Below are positions 1 through 12,130 of a stretch of 64,000 nt of DNA, one piece after another (within the stretch, counting starts at the first letter, position 1; every line of letters starts with the position of its first letter). The translations under genes were made by a program, and so were the position numbers. The DNA comes from Felis catus (taxonomy: Eukaryota). A model generated the notes under the pieces. The model worked only from the letters and a program-made list of their open reading frames with translations, had not been told where the DNA came from and did no database searches. The stretch covers positions 2,666,001-2,730,000 of the forward strand of contig NC_058370.1 in the NCBI RefSeq assembly GCF_018350175.1. Direction: 5' to 3'.

Positions 1-383
1 CACAACTGCGGTGTCGCCTGCGGTCATGCTGGCTGGTGCTGGGCCCTTTAACATAGATTCACTCCAAGAAATATTTTCCAGAGACCTTGCAGGTGGCAGG
101 AGTTGCCCGTGGGTGGGACGACAGGGGAGCAGCTGAAATTCGTTTCCTGAGGAGCCAGGGGACCGTCTCATTGACGGCAAATCCAGGGGCGTCCCTCCCC
201 CAGGCAGGCTGTGTGCTGGGCCCTGCCCCCGCCCGGGGGCTCTGCTGTATCCAGCCTGGCCCCACCCCGTGTCGGCAACAGCCCCGCTTCGGTGCCGAGG
301 CTCCGAGAGCCTCTTCCCTCTCCCCGCCCGCCCCCTCCTCCCGGAGTTCACCTGGGAGCCTTTTCGAGATGCACATACAGATG

Positions 384-488
384 GTCCCCACGCGTGTCTG
401 GACGTCTTCTGTCCCCAAGTCCCCACGCGTGTCTCGACGTCTTCTGTCCCCAAGTCCCCACGCGTGTCTCGACGTCTTCTGTCCCCAA
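384..488. repeat. Minisatellite, 35-bp unit x3
   Basis: The unit gtccccacgcgtgtctcgacgtcttctgtccccaa occurs at 384-418, 419-453 and 454-488. Copy 1 has one substitution. There are no spacers. Confidence 0.95.
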
Positions 489-546
489 CACCTAACAGCA
501 TGTGCTTTAGAAAAGGCATCCTGATGGATCGTCAGTGCACGTAGTG

Positions 547-742
547 CAGTGGTTCCCACTATCGCAACTGGGTCCCCGGGGGACATCTGGACATGTCAGG
601 AGACATTTTTAGTTGTCACAACCGAGGGGTGTGGCGGGTCTGCAGTGGGGGCCGGGGGGCCGCTAAGCATTGGATAGTGTCCAGGGCAGCCCCACGACGA
701 ACTCCTGTCCCCAGACGCCGCAGTGTGGAGGTGAAGAAAGTC
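547..742 (+). mobile_element. MER20 (hAT-Charlie MITE)
   Basis: cagtggttc...ggggacatctgg...ggagacatttttagttgtcacaac...gaggtgaagaaa follows the MER20 consensus end to end. Confidence 0.8.
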
Positions 743-2719
743 GGCTGCCCTGACCCATGGGCGCATCTGCGTCAGCGAGACCCCGTCAGTGCGGCTGAAC
801 AGCAGGGAGCTGGGGCAGTGAAGGGAGAGGGGAGGCTGCAGGGGGCCAGGGCAGGGGGCAGCACAGGGGGCAGGGCAGAGCCAGTCAAAGGCGAGGCTCT
901 GGGGCGGGAGCACGACGGGGGCCTGGCTGCTGGGGGGCCTCGGGGGCTTGGGCAGCGGCTTCTACCCCCTTGTAGGACAGTGGGTGCTGGCTGTCCATCC
1001 GTCCAGGCAGCAGCCGGAGGGCGCAGGGGCTCCTGGTACTCTGCCGTCCGTGCACACCTGCCTGCACCTGCCACGATCCCCTCCCGGCAGTCAGGGCTGC
1101 CTTCCACCTCCCTTGAGATGCCTGGGGGCCCGGGGCTGAGCAGTGCGGCCCCTCGGGATGGGCAGGGGTCTTTCCCAATGGTGCCAAGGGATTTGAATGA
1201 GCGGAGAAGCGGTACTCAGGGCGTGCGTGCGCGGCTGCTCCTGCGTCCCCTGGCTGGTTTTCCTTCCACCAGGCACCGGGGGCTTTGATGGTTCTGGGCC
1301 CTCGCCGCCCTCCCGGCCCCCGCGTCACCGCCCGCCACTTCACAGGCTTTTCCGGAGCAAGTTTTTGATCAGATCTTGTGCAAGCTTCACACAGAAGCGA
1401 GGACGGACCCTGCTGGGCCCCCCAGACCTTGGTGCTGGTGCCACGGACAGAGCAGGCGATTCGCTGTCTCTGTGATCCGCAGCCAGGGAGAAAGGCTTTG
1501 AATCTCTGTTGGTCTCAGGCGGCCCTGCAGCGAAAGCCCCAAAAAAGAAGTGGCCGGGTCCCAGGCACCGTGCTCATTAGGGGAGGGGAGCGAGCGTGCG
1601 GTCTCCCCAGCTGACATCTGCCGGGCGCGTATGCAACCGGCTTCTTATCACAGCCCTACAGCCAAGTTCAAACCTGCCCCTGCCCGCCATCCCCGGAGTC
1701 CCCGGTGGGGTTGTTTCCTCCAGGTTTCCTGATCCGCAGCGAACGTGCGGGGGCTCCCGCAGCCCCGACCTCCCCAGCACAGCCCTCCCCGTGCCCCATT
1801 GTGACTCCCTCCTTCCTCGGTCTGCACTGAGCTCCAGGAGGGTGGCCGATGTCCGTCCCGATGAGGCTGCATTTCAGCTTCAAGTCCGGCAGGTCGGAGG
1901 AGGCCATCCGCACAAGTGCAGAGAACTCGCGCAGCTAACGCCCTAACGGTGCTGGCGGCCGGCCCCTCCTCCCCACACGTGGGCCGTCTGGGCGAGGCCT
2001 CGGTTGTGGTCACTCTGTAAGCTGGGTGCTCACCGCCACCCCCGACCCAGCCCCCGCAGCCACAGGCATGATTCGTGTGCGATCTACACTCCCCATCAGC
2101 TCCTATAAAGGCCTTGAGTGGATGACAGCTGGACCCAGTGCGAGAAGAGAGGAGACAGGGCCGAGCACAGGGAAGGAGGCAGTAGTGGCCGCGGGCCGGC
2201 CCCTGAGCTGATCGGAGGACGCGGGAGAGCACAGGCCGCCTAGTTTCCGGCAGCTACAGCGCATAGTTTTTGTTTTCAGACAAGAGAAAACACTTGTGGA
2301 GGCGAAGTGCTCCCAGGCCTCAGCTCCTGCAGGAGGGGCTCCTCCTGTCTGCAAGGGATCGGGGCCCCACGGGAAAACCAGCGCCCTGGCAGGTGCATGT
2401 CTGGCTGCAGAGCTGGGCCAGCGGGGCTTGTCCATTTTGTGAGCAGGGGGTCCTTTTCACTGAGCGGCAGGTGTCCTGGGCCCCGGAGCACCTCGAGGCA
2501 CTGGCTAGGTGCTCAGCAAACATCTCCTGAGTGAATAACATGAAAAGCACCAGCCCTGACTTCGAGAACCGACCATGTGACTCTGTCCACAGAGGATAGT
2601 TGGTGAATGTGGAAGGACACCAGCAGCCGTGGCCGGTTGTGTGATGTTCTGCTGTGGAACCTGGTGCCTGTGCCGCCTCTGGCCGCGGTGACACAGAGGG
2701 GGCAGAGTCAGTAGCAGAC

Positions 2720-3033
2720 GCCCATCTCTCGTGGTCTGGAGGCCGGAAGTCCGCGATCAAGGTGTCGGCCGAGTTATTTCTCTCGAGGGCTCTCTCCTTG
2801 GTGCGTAGACGGCCGTCTTCTCCCCATGTCTTCGTGTGGTCGTCCTTCTGCGCACGTCTGGGTCCTGATCTCTTCTTGTAAGGGTACCTGTCGTATTAGG
2901 TCGAGACCCACACTAGTGACCTCCTCTGACTTAATCACCTCTCTGAAGACCATCTCCACATCCGGCCCAGCCCTATGGCACAGGAGGCTAGCATTGCCAC
3001 GTGTGGATTTGGGGGCACACGTTGGCTCACAGC
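2720..3033 (-). mobile_element. MaLR solo LTR (MLT1B-like)
   Basis: tctggaggccggaagtccgcgatcaaggtgtcggc...ttaatcacctctctgaagacc is the reverse complement of the MLT1A/B core. Confidence 0.8.
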
Positions 3034-3994
3034 TGTGCTCTATGGGAACCATCACATCCAGTCCCCCAGCCGCGGCTCCGTGGCAGGCCCTGCTACGGCT
3101 GATGGAATTAATGTGTGTCGTGTCACGGTGTCAGATTGAGGCTCAGACTCAAATGTGCACAGCTCGGGTGTGCCACACACGCAATGAAGACACGGCCAGT
3201 GGACCAGCCCACTCTCCAGCCATAGGACCCCCTCCTCCCTCTTTGCATCCCTGCATCCTGACCTTTGGGACAGACGATGTGCTGAGCCAGGGGTGGGCTA
3301 TGCCCCTCGGGAGGGTGGCCACTCTTCCCCAGACTCCAGCCGACCGGACCTGCTGCTAAATTGTGGGTTTGGGCTCCTGGGGGGTCCCGCAGGGGAGGCT
3401 GTAGCCTGGCCGGGTGACTGTGAGGACAGACAAGATTCCTTTCAGGATGTGCAAAGCCTGCGTCCCCACTGGGCACTGAGCTAGGCTCCGTGGGGTGTCT
3501 GAAACACTGACACACGGGGCCAGCTCATCTGCCCATGTCGGGTGAGCTGGGCTGAACCAAGCAGAGGCAGATGCTCTGCTTTCCTCCATATAATGCGTGC
3601 ATGCAGACACTTTCTCCTTTCAGACTCTGCGTTTGCTTTATTGACCTGGAGCTTGCCCAGCCGGGAGGAATGTGTACATATAAATGTGCTGCACGATGCA
3701 GTCTCTTATTATCGAGGAATAAATCAACTCTGATTTGGCTGTTTTCCCAACCGGGTTTAAACAAATAACCACATAGTTCAACCCCAGTGTTTTCGACCGA
3801 TGACTCCAAACTGATGCTGGGGGCGCTGGCTCACCTGGGCGTCACGCTGTCCCCAAGGAGCTCAGGTCCCCATCGGACAACAGTGCTCGAGGGTGGACTT
3901 GTCCCGTCACTGCTGGGAAGGGTGGCCGGCCCACCACACCCGGGGAAATGGAGGTGCCTCCCTTGGGGGAGTTTGTGGCCCTGTAAGCCCGTGC

Positions 3995-4855
3995 TGGAAA
4001 AGAAGGAAGATTGGAAATCAATCAGACGTTTCCATCTTAAGAAACGAGACCAAAAGAGCAATTTAAGCTTAAAGCAAGCAGGAGAAAGCAAATAATAGCT
4101 AGAGTAGATATTAATACAATTTAAAACAGAAAAACAATAGAGAAAATCAAGGAAACCCAAAGCTGTTTCTTTGGAAGCATTACTAAAGCAGATGAATCTG
4201 TAACCAGCCTACCCTGGTGGACGTAAACTCACAAATGACCGACCTCAGGGAGAAGTGAGGGGCCATCATTACTGAGCCTACGGCCAATGAGCAAATACTA
4301 CAAACAGCTCTGTCCACAAATTTGATAGTTCAGATGAAATGGACCAGTTTCTCAGGACACACAACCACCCAAACTCACACAAGGAGGGAGAGATAATATG
4401 AATAGGCCTACATTTATAAAAGAAAGTGAATCAATAATTAGCTTTCCAAGAAAACAAGCACCGAGGTGGGTTCATTAGTGCATGCTACCGAATATTTACG
4501 GAAGAAATGGTACCAATTCTCCCCAATCTCTTGTGGAAGCAGAGAGAACAGTTCCTAACTCATTCTGTGTGGCCAGCATTATCCTAATACCAAAACCAGA
4601 TAAAGACATTACACAAAAGGAAAACTCTAGGCCAATATCTGTCGTGAACATAGACACAACAATTCTCAGCAAAATATTAGCAAACAGAATCCAACAATGT
4701 ATCAAAAGAACCCTACACCATGACCAAGTGGGATTTATCTCAGGTATGCAGGAGGTCAGCATTCAAAACCAGTTAATGGAAGCCATCCCATCAACAGGCT
4801 AAAGAAGAAAAAATGCAGAAAAAAACATTTGAAAAAATCCTGCATCCATTGGTGT
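3995..4855 (+). mobile_element. Ancient LINE-1 ORF2 fragment (start of RT domain), decayed
   Basis: ORF 4482-4802 gives [66 protein letters not shown], matching L1 ORF2p ([56 protein letters not shown]). The strand is A-rich. Confidence 0.92.
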
Positions 4856-7800
4856 AAATAAAGCCAGGCCTAGAGTAATCCATCGCCCAAAGGCCATTTA
4901 AAGTTGTGATTTTAAATGTATAGTTCATGGCCTTCTATTTTAAAAGTCCACTGAGAATCTACCCCGTTAATACTCCGGTGGGTTTAAAATTCTGCGGAGT
5001 GATGCGTAGACCGCTTCCCACAGCCCCACAGAGCTCGCTGTCACTCCTGGACCCACCTGTGCACACTGGGGTGGGGTGGGTCTGGGGGTGAGTGCATGGG
5101 CGTCAGGGCCCGGGCGAGTCTCATGATCAGTCCCAGCTGGGACGCACAAGAACGCAGAGGGAATGAAGTCCGGATCAAAACCACGTCAAGAACAAAGGTG
5201 CAAAGAGGCATCCAGATAAAGGTGTACGGATGTGAGACAGAAAAGCAAAAGCAAAAGCAGTTTCTCAGCGCTCATCCACCGTCACCTGTAATGATGGGTC
5301 TGGGGCACATTCGCGTTGTAATTGTCACATGGATAAAGCAGCGGGGTAACACCACAGGTGAATCGTTGTCCTGACACCAAAGACCTTCCCTGTTTCCACT
5401 CATTCCGAAACTCCCACTCCTTGAGCATCCATTGAGTGCCGTTGGTGTCCGCGGTGCCCACTCGGAGAGGGGACAAAAACGGGGATGCCACCCTGGGCTG
5501 GCCAGTTTCTCACGGCAGTGACGATATACTATTACACGGATGGCAACAGTTACGACTGTCCATCCCGGCGGCAGAAGTATGGCAATAGACTGTCTCTCTG
5601 ATTAGACGGACAAGCACAGGCCTGGTTCGGAATTTCCCTGGGCACTTTTGACTTTGTTTCCCCCCGAGTAGAATGGGTGCCCTGGGCCCAAGGGGGTGCA
5701 GCATGTGCTCTGCAGGGTCTCCGTGGACGCCTGTGCTCCCCTGGCCGCATCTGAGTCTGTGGACGGTCCCGGCCCTCCCGGAGGGGCTGCGGGGCCCTCG
5801 TTGATGCCAAGCACACATCTCCCCTCGCTTCCAACGGCAGATTAATGATCCGAAGTCGGAGGAAGCTTCCTCCCCTGGGCTCACATCTAGTTGATCTCGT
5901 CGTTCAAAACGACTTTCTCTGTCTCTGTCCCTGTCTTCCCTCCCCCTGCACCTCCTTCTTCCTCCCTCCCTCCTCCCTATATTTGTGCCTACACGTCTAT
6001 ACATGATTTTGTCTTTCTGTTCATCCCTCTCAGGCCTTATTGGCATTTTCGAAGAAAGGTCCAGAAAAAGAGAGTCAGGCAGAGGTTGCCATTGTGGATC
6101 CCTGGCCCACGGCTGGCCTCGCTGCCCACGGTCGCTGCTGCAGGATAGCCGGGTCCTGGGTCCCCGACGTTCCATTCTGAAGGTGGTGCTGGCAGTGCGG
6201 GAGCCGGGGTCCTGCCCGGGCCCACGCTCAACCTGTGGGGGTGAAGCACTGAGACCACGGGGCTTGGGCAGACCCGGACGCTCATGGGAGACCCCAGTGC
6301 TCCCCACTCTCAGGCTCCCAGGAGCCTTGTCCTTTATAGGTAACGAGCTGCTTTCTTTTCCTGCTCTGGAACATTCTGCTGCATAAAAACAAGTATGGGG
6401 ACTTAACAGGACCACTGCTCACTCGTCCTCAACAGACGAAGCGGTTAATAGAGTAGACGCGCCAGGAAATCTCAGTGAGATGTTAATGTGTGTTTTAGTT
6501 TTTGAAAATTTCCTTCTTGCATCTGAAAAAGGGAAACAGCAGCTGCTGAGGTCCCGGGGCTGATCTGACCTCAATGTTATGACAAACTGTTGCGATGCTC
6601 ACAGAGAAGCCGCCTTGCTCTCTGTCGACCATGAACATAAACAACCTGGGGCCAGGTCCACGGCCCACGCAGGCGCTGTGCATCCACAAGCAGGCCCCCC
6701 CAGGCGCTGCCTTGCTGGCGAAGCTCTATCCCTCTCCTCTCCTCCCTGCCCAAGGACACGACTGCCGGCTGCCCCCAGACAGAGAACCGCCCCCCTTTCC
6801 GACCACACCCAGGCCTGAGCAAGACTCCTTCCTCAGGCCCCCCTCCAGCCCCCAGCCCCACAGTGGTTCTTTCTGTCCCCTTCTCATGGAGGTGTCCTGA
6901 CTCCCCAGGGTGGCCGTGTCCCTCGCAACCTGCTCACAACCTTGCTTGTCTGGGTCCTTGGCCGGTTGGACGCAGACGTCACCTGGACATCACGTGGACG
7001 GGGCCAAGGACAGAGCTGGGCCCATGTGTCTCCTTCCCCAGCGACCCCTGCAGGGCTGGGGCAAATAGAGATAGTCTGAGGATGATTTTGTTTCTGATTC
7101 AGCATCAAAGTCTCAGCAGCTTATCAGCTTCTGTGGTGGTGACCCAGAAAGAAGGGGACAGAGAGACCATCTGAGGGGAGAGGGGAAGGGAGACAGAAAG
7201 AAAGGAGGGAGAGACAAGGAGATAGGAGAGAGAAAGACACAGAGGCAGGGAAGAAGGGTTGCAGGCCTGGGGTCCTGGGCCATAGCTCCTGGACAGCAGA
7301 GGCACTGGGGCCTCTAGGGGACGTGGGAGCTCCCTGGCTTGGTGGCTCCCATCCTAGGCCGACGTACCGTGCGTCCATGTGGCCCAGAGGCAGTGGTGCC
7401 CAGGATTTGATTTACCTGCTTAGACAGAGAGCACACCAGCTGTGGGTGGCAAATCCTGAAGACCGGGGGGGGGGGGGTGTCTCTGCTATTTGTTTTGCTT
7501 TTCCTAAGATCCCCCGTGTTCTTTGCAGGACCCCGGGGACTGGAGAGAGACCCGGAAAAGGCTGGGCTTTAACTTGATTACATGTCACACACATCCGAGT
7601 TTGCAAGTACACGGCGTTCACTGCTGCCCACGGCTGGGCCTTGCGAGCAGCTTCAGTGGGAGAGGGACCCTGTCATCCCCACGGCTAGCGTCTTGCAGGA
7701 TAGAAACCTTGGCTCTCCATTGCAGAGTGGGGAAGACTGACTCTTCCTGACTTGTGGAAGCTGTTTTGACTCGATCATTAAATCTCACAATGAGCGCATC

Positions 7801-8580
7801 TTCTGAGCAAACATTTTGTGCCAGCTGCAAATTGTCTGTTGCTGGGAGCGAGCAGCCTATGGCTGTGGCATGGCCAGCGGTGGTACTCTTCATCGGTTGT
7901 TCAACAAGCCTTCCCTGTCAGCGAGAGCCCTGCCTTGTTAAAAAGAGGCACACAGCTGGCTCTCATACCCCCAAACCCTTTGAAAGCTGCAAATTCATAA
8001 ATAAAGCCCAAAATAGAATTTGAACATGAACTGCCTTACCCAAGGTGTGAAACACTTAGCACTAAACAAATCCGCTCTCTCCTAACTGTTGCATAAACAA
8101 TGGGATTAAATATAAGACCGGATACATCGGGCCCCGGGAAACAGTTGTGGGGATTTGTTAATGCAAAGCACTTACGGTTCCTGCTCAACCACTCGTGTCC
8201 GCGGACAATCACCTTCATATTTCGGGTGTGAGTTTTCTCCTCTCTGCCTGAATTTACAAAGCAGCGATGGCAAATGCAATTTGATGGGTGGATTTAGGGG
8301 GATCCAGTCTAAGCTCGCGGTGCCTTCAGCGCGAGCGGGAAAGGGGGCAGCAGGATCCGAGCGTGGCTCAGTGAGTTTGAGAGATACACCGCACGCCCCC
8401 GAAGGTGCTGTCGGCGACCGACAGTGGCAGGCGGCCTGGAAGGTCTCTGTCCCTGACGCAGGGTAACACCAGCAAAACGAACTAACGAGAGCCCTTGTAA
8501 ATCATTCCACTATACAGCTATATGTAGAATCAAATCCTCAAAAGCACAAGCATGTTTATTATTTTGGGGGGATGGAGGGA

Positions 8581-8584
<4 letters not shown>

Positions 8585-8612
<28 letters not shown>
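8585..8612. repeat. (GA)n microsatellite
   Basis: Direct reading. Confidence 0.95.
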
Positions 8613-8615
<3 letters not shown>

Positions 8616-9630
8616 AGGGGCGTCAGCTGAGTCCCAAAGGCCTGACTTAGATTAGAATTCCCTTAGTTCCCCATAAATAACTTACATGCAAGTCACATTT
8701 TTTTTTTTTTTTAGCAAAGGAATAAATTTACAGCTCGGCTTTCGGGTTCTCCCTGGAAATTCATCTCCATAAAAAGAGTAAGCATGTGTATAATATTAAA
8801 CATGTCGTTAAAAGGTATTTAGAATTGCCATTTTGAATCCAAAGCCTTGCCAGAACATTTTGCCCGTGCTCGCCCTCACCGGGAGCCTGAAAAGCAGGCG
8901 TCCCTTTATCTCTCCCACCCCCGCCCCTGCGGCGACGCGCCCGGCCCATTGAGGATTTTATCACACGCCAAGTTAGAAAGCACAATTTGCTAACATTCGG
9001 TTCTTTTGTGTTGCGTCCAACTTTGCACCTCAGAAAAGCATTACTGGGTTTATGTGTCTGGAAGTGTTTTTCATTATTCATATTTAAATTATGTCCCTTT
9101 GAGAAGGAGATAAAGGCTGGAAATTTTTATCAAGAGACAAATGATGTAGGTAGGGAAGGATCTCAGCCTTTTATTGTCGACGGCATAAAGCGTTCCAAGA
9201 GTAACCAAAATACTTGAATAACTTGAGGTCTGAGTAAAACATATTTAATGATGGAAGTAAGTGCAGGGTTAGCTGGAAGAAGCCTGTTCTTTTAAAACTT
9301 TCTTACTTCATCAGGTGGACCAGATGGCCGGCTCTGACTCGGGAAGCGTCTGGCTAGGTCTTTTGGGGAAATTCTCAGGTGCACCTGTCTCTTAGGCACA
9401 GGGTGGGCCTCCCCTGCCTGAAGGTCGCCCCAACCCAGAGCACACACATCAGAGACAGTGTGGCTTTTTTACACGGAAAAATTTCCCCTGGGGAAGGGAA
9501 AGATAGTTCCAGCTAATGCATCCATTACTGACTAGGCACTTTCAACTCAGAAAGGATTTAATAAGGAACAAAAGCAAATAAACATATCTTTTTAATCCTT
9601 ATAAAAGTCATAACTCAGAATAAGCTCTTC

Positions 9631-9673
9631 TTTTTTTATTAAAAGCTTTTTTTTTAAAGTTTATTTATTTATT

Positions 9674-9717
<44 letters not shown>

Positions 9718-9874
9718 GGGGGGGGGGGCAGAGAGAGTGAGAGACAGAGAATCCCAAGCGGGCTCTGCACTGAGTAGAGCCCAATGAGGGGCTCGAACTC
9801 ACACACTGCAAGATCATGACCTGAGTGAAACCAAGAGTCAGACGCTTAACAGACTGAGCCACACAGGTGTCTCC
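9631..9874 (-). mobile_element. CAN-SINE (SINEC)
   Basis: Has a T-rich tail, (GA)n tract and tRNA-derived head. TSD agaataagc(t/g)cttc at 9617-9630 and 9875-9888. Confidence 0.95.
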
Positions 9875-10097
9875 AGAATAAGCGCTTCCTTAAGAGAAGT
9901 TTTAAAAGTAGTTGAGTTTGTTCTCCCCCCAAAAAATGACAGCTGTAGAAGAATCCATCCGGTGGCTCTGTGTGGGGACGGTGGCTTCATCGATTTGCTT
10001 TGGTTAAGTGGCGAATCTCCAGGATGACTAGAATCCTTTGTGGAAGTGTCATAGGACAGAAGCCAGTGGTTTGAGTGTTCACTAGGTGCCTGGCCCG

Positions 10098-10480
10098 CTG
10101 TTCCCACATGTTGGGGTGCATCAGAGCCACCTGGCGCCTTGTTAACATGGGGGTCCTGGGGGCGCCTGGGTGGCTCAGTCGGTTAAGCGTCCGACTTCAC
10201 CTCAGGTCATGATCTCACAGTTCGTGAGTTCGAGCCCCGCGTCGGGCTCTGTGCTGACAGCTCGGCGCCTAGAGCCGCTTCGGATTCTGAGTCTCCCTCT
10301 CTCTCTGCCCCTCTCCTGCTTGCTCTCTGTCTCTGTCGCTCTCTCTCAAAAATAAATAAACGTTTTTAAAAAATGGGGGTTCTGATTCGGCACGTCTGGA
10401 GCTGGTTGAAGACTGTCTTCCTACCAGGCTCCCAGCTGAGGCAGAACCTCCTTGTCTTCCAACCACACCCTGGAGAACGA
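10098..10480 (-). mobile_element. MER5A/MER5A1 hAT MITE split by a SINE
   Basis: gtgcatcagagccacctgg..cttgttaa lies left of the SINE. tctgattcggcacgtctgg...ctcccagctga...ccacaccctggagaac lies right of it. Confidence 0.65.
10158..10372 (+). mobile_element. CAN-SINE (SINEC_Fc2-like)
   Basis: Head ggggcgcctgggtggctcagtcggttaagcgtccgact, then (CT)n and an aataaa tail. TSD atgggggt(c/t)ct. Confidence 0.96.
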
Positions 10481-10539
10481 CGTTCTAAGGCTTTACAAGC
10501 AAGATCTCTTACAGACTTTGGTAGACTCCGTGAGGAGAG

Positions 10540-10600
10540 CAACGTTACTGCTTCCACTTTCAAAATGCAGAAACTGAGTCTCAGAGAGGTGAAGAAACCT
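10540..10600 (-). mobile_element. MIR core fragment
   Basis: ccactttcaaaatgcagaaactgagtctcagagaggtgaag matches the MIR core. Confidence 0.7.
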
Positions 10601-10611
10601 TCTGCTGGGGG

Positions 10612-11257
10612 TGATGGCACCCCCCCCAAAAAGATAGGTTCACCTGGAAAAATAAGTCTTTGTGTATGTGATTTTTAAAAACATTAAAAAATTTTTTTAT
10701 AACATTTATTTATTTTTGAGAGAGAGAGCGCGAGCGTTGAGCGGGGGAGGGACACAGAGAGAGGGAGACACAGAATCCGAATCGGGCTCCGGGCTCCAAG
10801 CTGTCAGCACAGAGCCTGACGCAGGGCTCGAACCCGTGAACGATGGAGATCATGAGGTCATGACCTGAGCCAAAATCAGACGCTTAACCGACTGAGCCAC
10901 CAGGGAGCCCCAATGTATGTGATTACATTAAAGATCTCAAGGTGAGACTATCCTGGACTAACCAGGTGGACCCTAAGTCCAATAGCTGGTGACCTTGGAA
11001 AGACAGAAGAGGAGAGAAGCCACGTGGAGACAGAGGCAGGGGTGGGAGCTGAGAAACCCCAAGCCAACGAGCACTGCGGCCGCCAGAAGCCGGAGGAGGC
11101 AGGAAGGAGCCTCCCCTGGAGCCTTTGGGGGGAAGCAGCTCTGTGACACCCTGATTTCTGACTTCTGCTCTCTATGCCGTGAAAGAATCCATTTCTACTC
11201 CTTTAAGCCACCTCGTCTCTGGTACTTTGGGTTGGCAGCTCCGGGAGACCAGCAAAC
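10612..11257 (+). mobile_element. MaLR solo LTR (MLT1C-like), interrupted by a SINE
   Basis: gtgattacattaaagatctcaaggtgag...gccacgtggagacagaggcag...gacaccctgatttctgacttc...tttaagccacc...tggtactttg. Confidence 0.8.
10674..10911 (-). mobile_element. CAN-SINE
   Basis: Reverse-oriented SINE body. TSD tgtatgtgatt at 10663-10673 and 10914-10924. Confidence 0.95.
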
Positions 11258-12049
11258 CCCAGAGGTGCCAGCTTAGCAAACGCTGTCCCGGGTCCTGCCC
11301 TCCTGCCTGTGGGGGTGGGGCCCTCCTGGCCATCCCGGGTCCCGCAGGACCCCTCCCCGTGCTTCACAGGCACCCACGGCCTCACCTCATGCCCCTTCTG
11401 CAGGCAGACCCCCCACCTGCCGCCTCCAGGCTCTCCCCAGCTGCCAGCCCTCCCGGCTCCCCTCCTGCAAGTCTGCTGGGCGGGGAGCGGAAAGGTGATG
11501 GTTCATCTCTGCACTGGGAGTGAGGTCATTGCCTCCTCTGATTGCTGAGATCTTGCTGTCTTCCTTCTAAAAGGCGACGCTCCTCGGGTTTGAATCACCT
11601 GGGAGATCAGATAGGTGGAAGTGGGGAACGGTACAAAAGAGACGTTCAGCCCACTCCACGCCTTATCTGGCAGTCCCAGCCGAGGCTGTGACAGCGTGAG
11701 GCGGGGACGGAGGAAGGGCTCATCCCTTCTCAGAGGCCTGCTGGTGGCTCTGGGCTGCAGAGCCCCCTCGACCAACCATCCCAGGCTTCCAGCCCGGAGC
11801 CCGCAAAGCGCCCAGAATTTCGGAGCGCATTCCCACCTTCTCTCTGGCGGTGAGGATCTTCCTTCTGTGGGCGGATGCCGCTGCATCCTGTGAAGCATGC
11901 GGGGAGCTCGCGGGACTCCTCAACCCGGGACTTTGCTATTTTCCAATCCCACTGCCCTGCAAAGCTGCGATGCCAATGGAAGGGCTGTGTCCGAGCGCCC
12001 GGTGATTCCTGTCGCATTCCGGCCACATTGCAGTCAGCCGCACGATGCA

Positions 12050-12130
12050 GGTGCTGTCTTATCACCCATTTCATAGATGCAGACACAGAGGCCCAGGGAG
12101 GTGAAGTCCGTCCTCCAAGTATTTCCCAGC
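12050..12130 (-). mobile_element. MIR fragment
   Basis: cccatttcatagatgcagacacagaggcccagggaggtgaag. Confidence 0.65.

Noticed and set aside
384-488. 35-bp repeats resembling a CRISPR array in unit length
   Set aside because: The units are directly adjacent with no spacers, there are no cas genes, and the DNA is mammalian.
4482-4802. Reverse-transcriptase-like ORFs (also 21226-21549, 22327-22752, 35626-35877) as a retron, DGR or domesticated RT gene
   Set aside because: They are short, frameshifted LINE-1 ORF2 fragments embedded in L1 nucleotide sequence. The catalytic motif is mutated where present.
5510-6415. 301-aa ORF, minus strand
   Set aside because: It has no homology I recognise. 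The R/E/D-rich middle comes from a simple pyrimidine tract, and the start is not ATG.
8408-8424. Hairpin ctgtcgg-cga-ccgacag, and a similar 8-bp inverted repeat at 33602-33619
   Set aside because: Arms of 7-8 bp are expected by chance in 64 kb, and intrinsic terminators are irrelevant in this context.
10158-10240. tRNA-like A/B-box sequences in the SINE heads as tRNA genes
   Set aside because: They are the tRNA-derived 5' portions of CAN-SINEs, followed by (CT)n, A-tails and TSDs.
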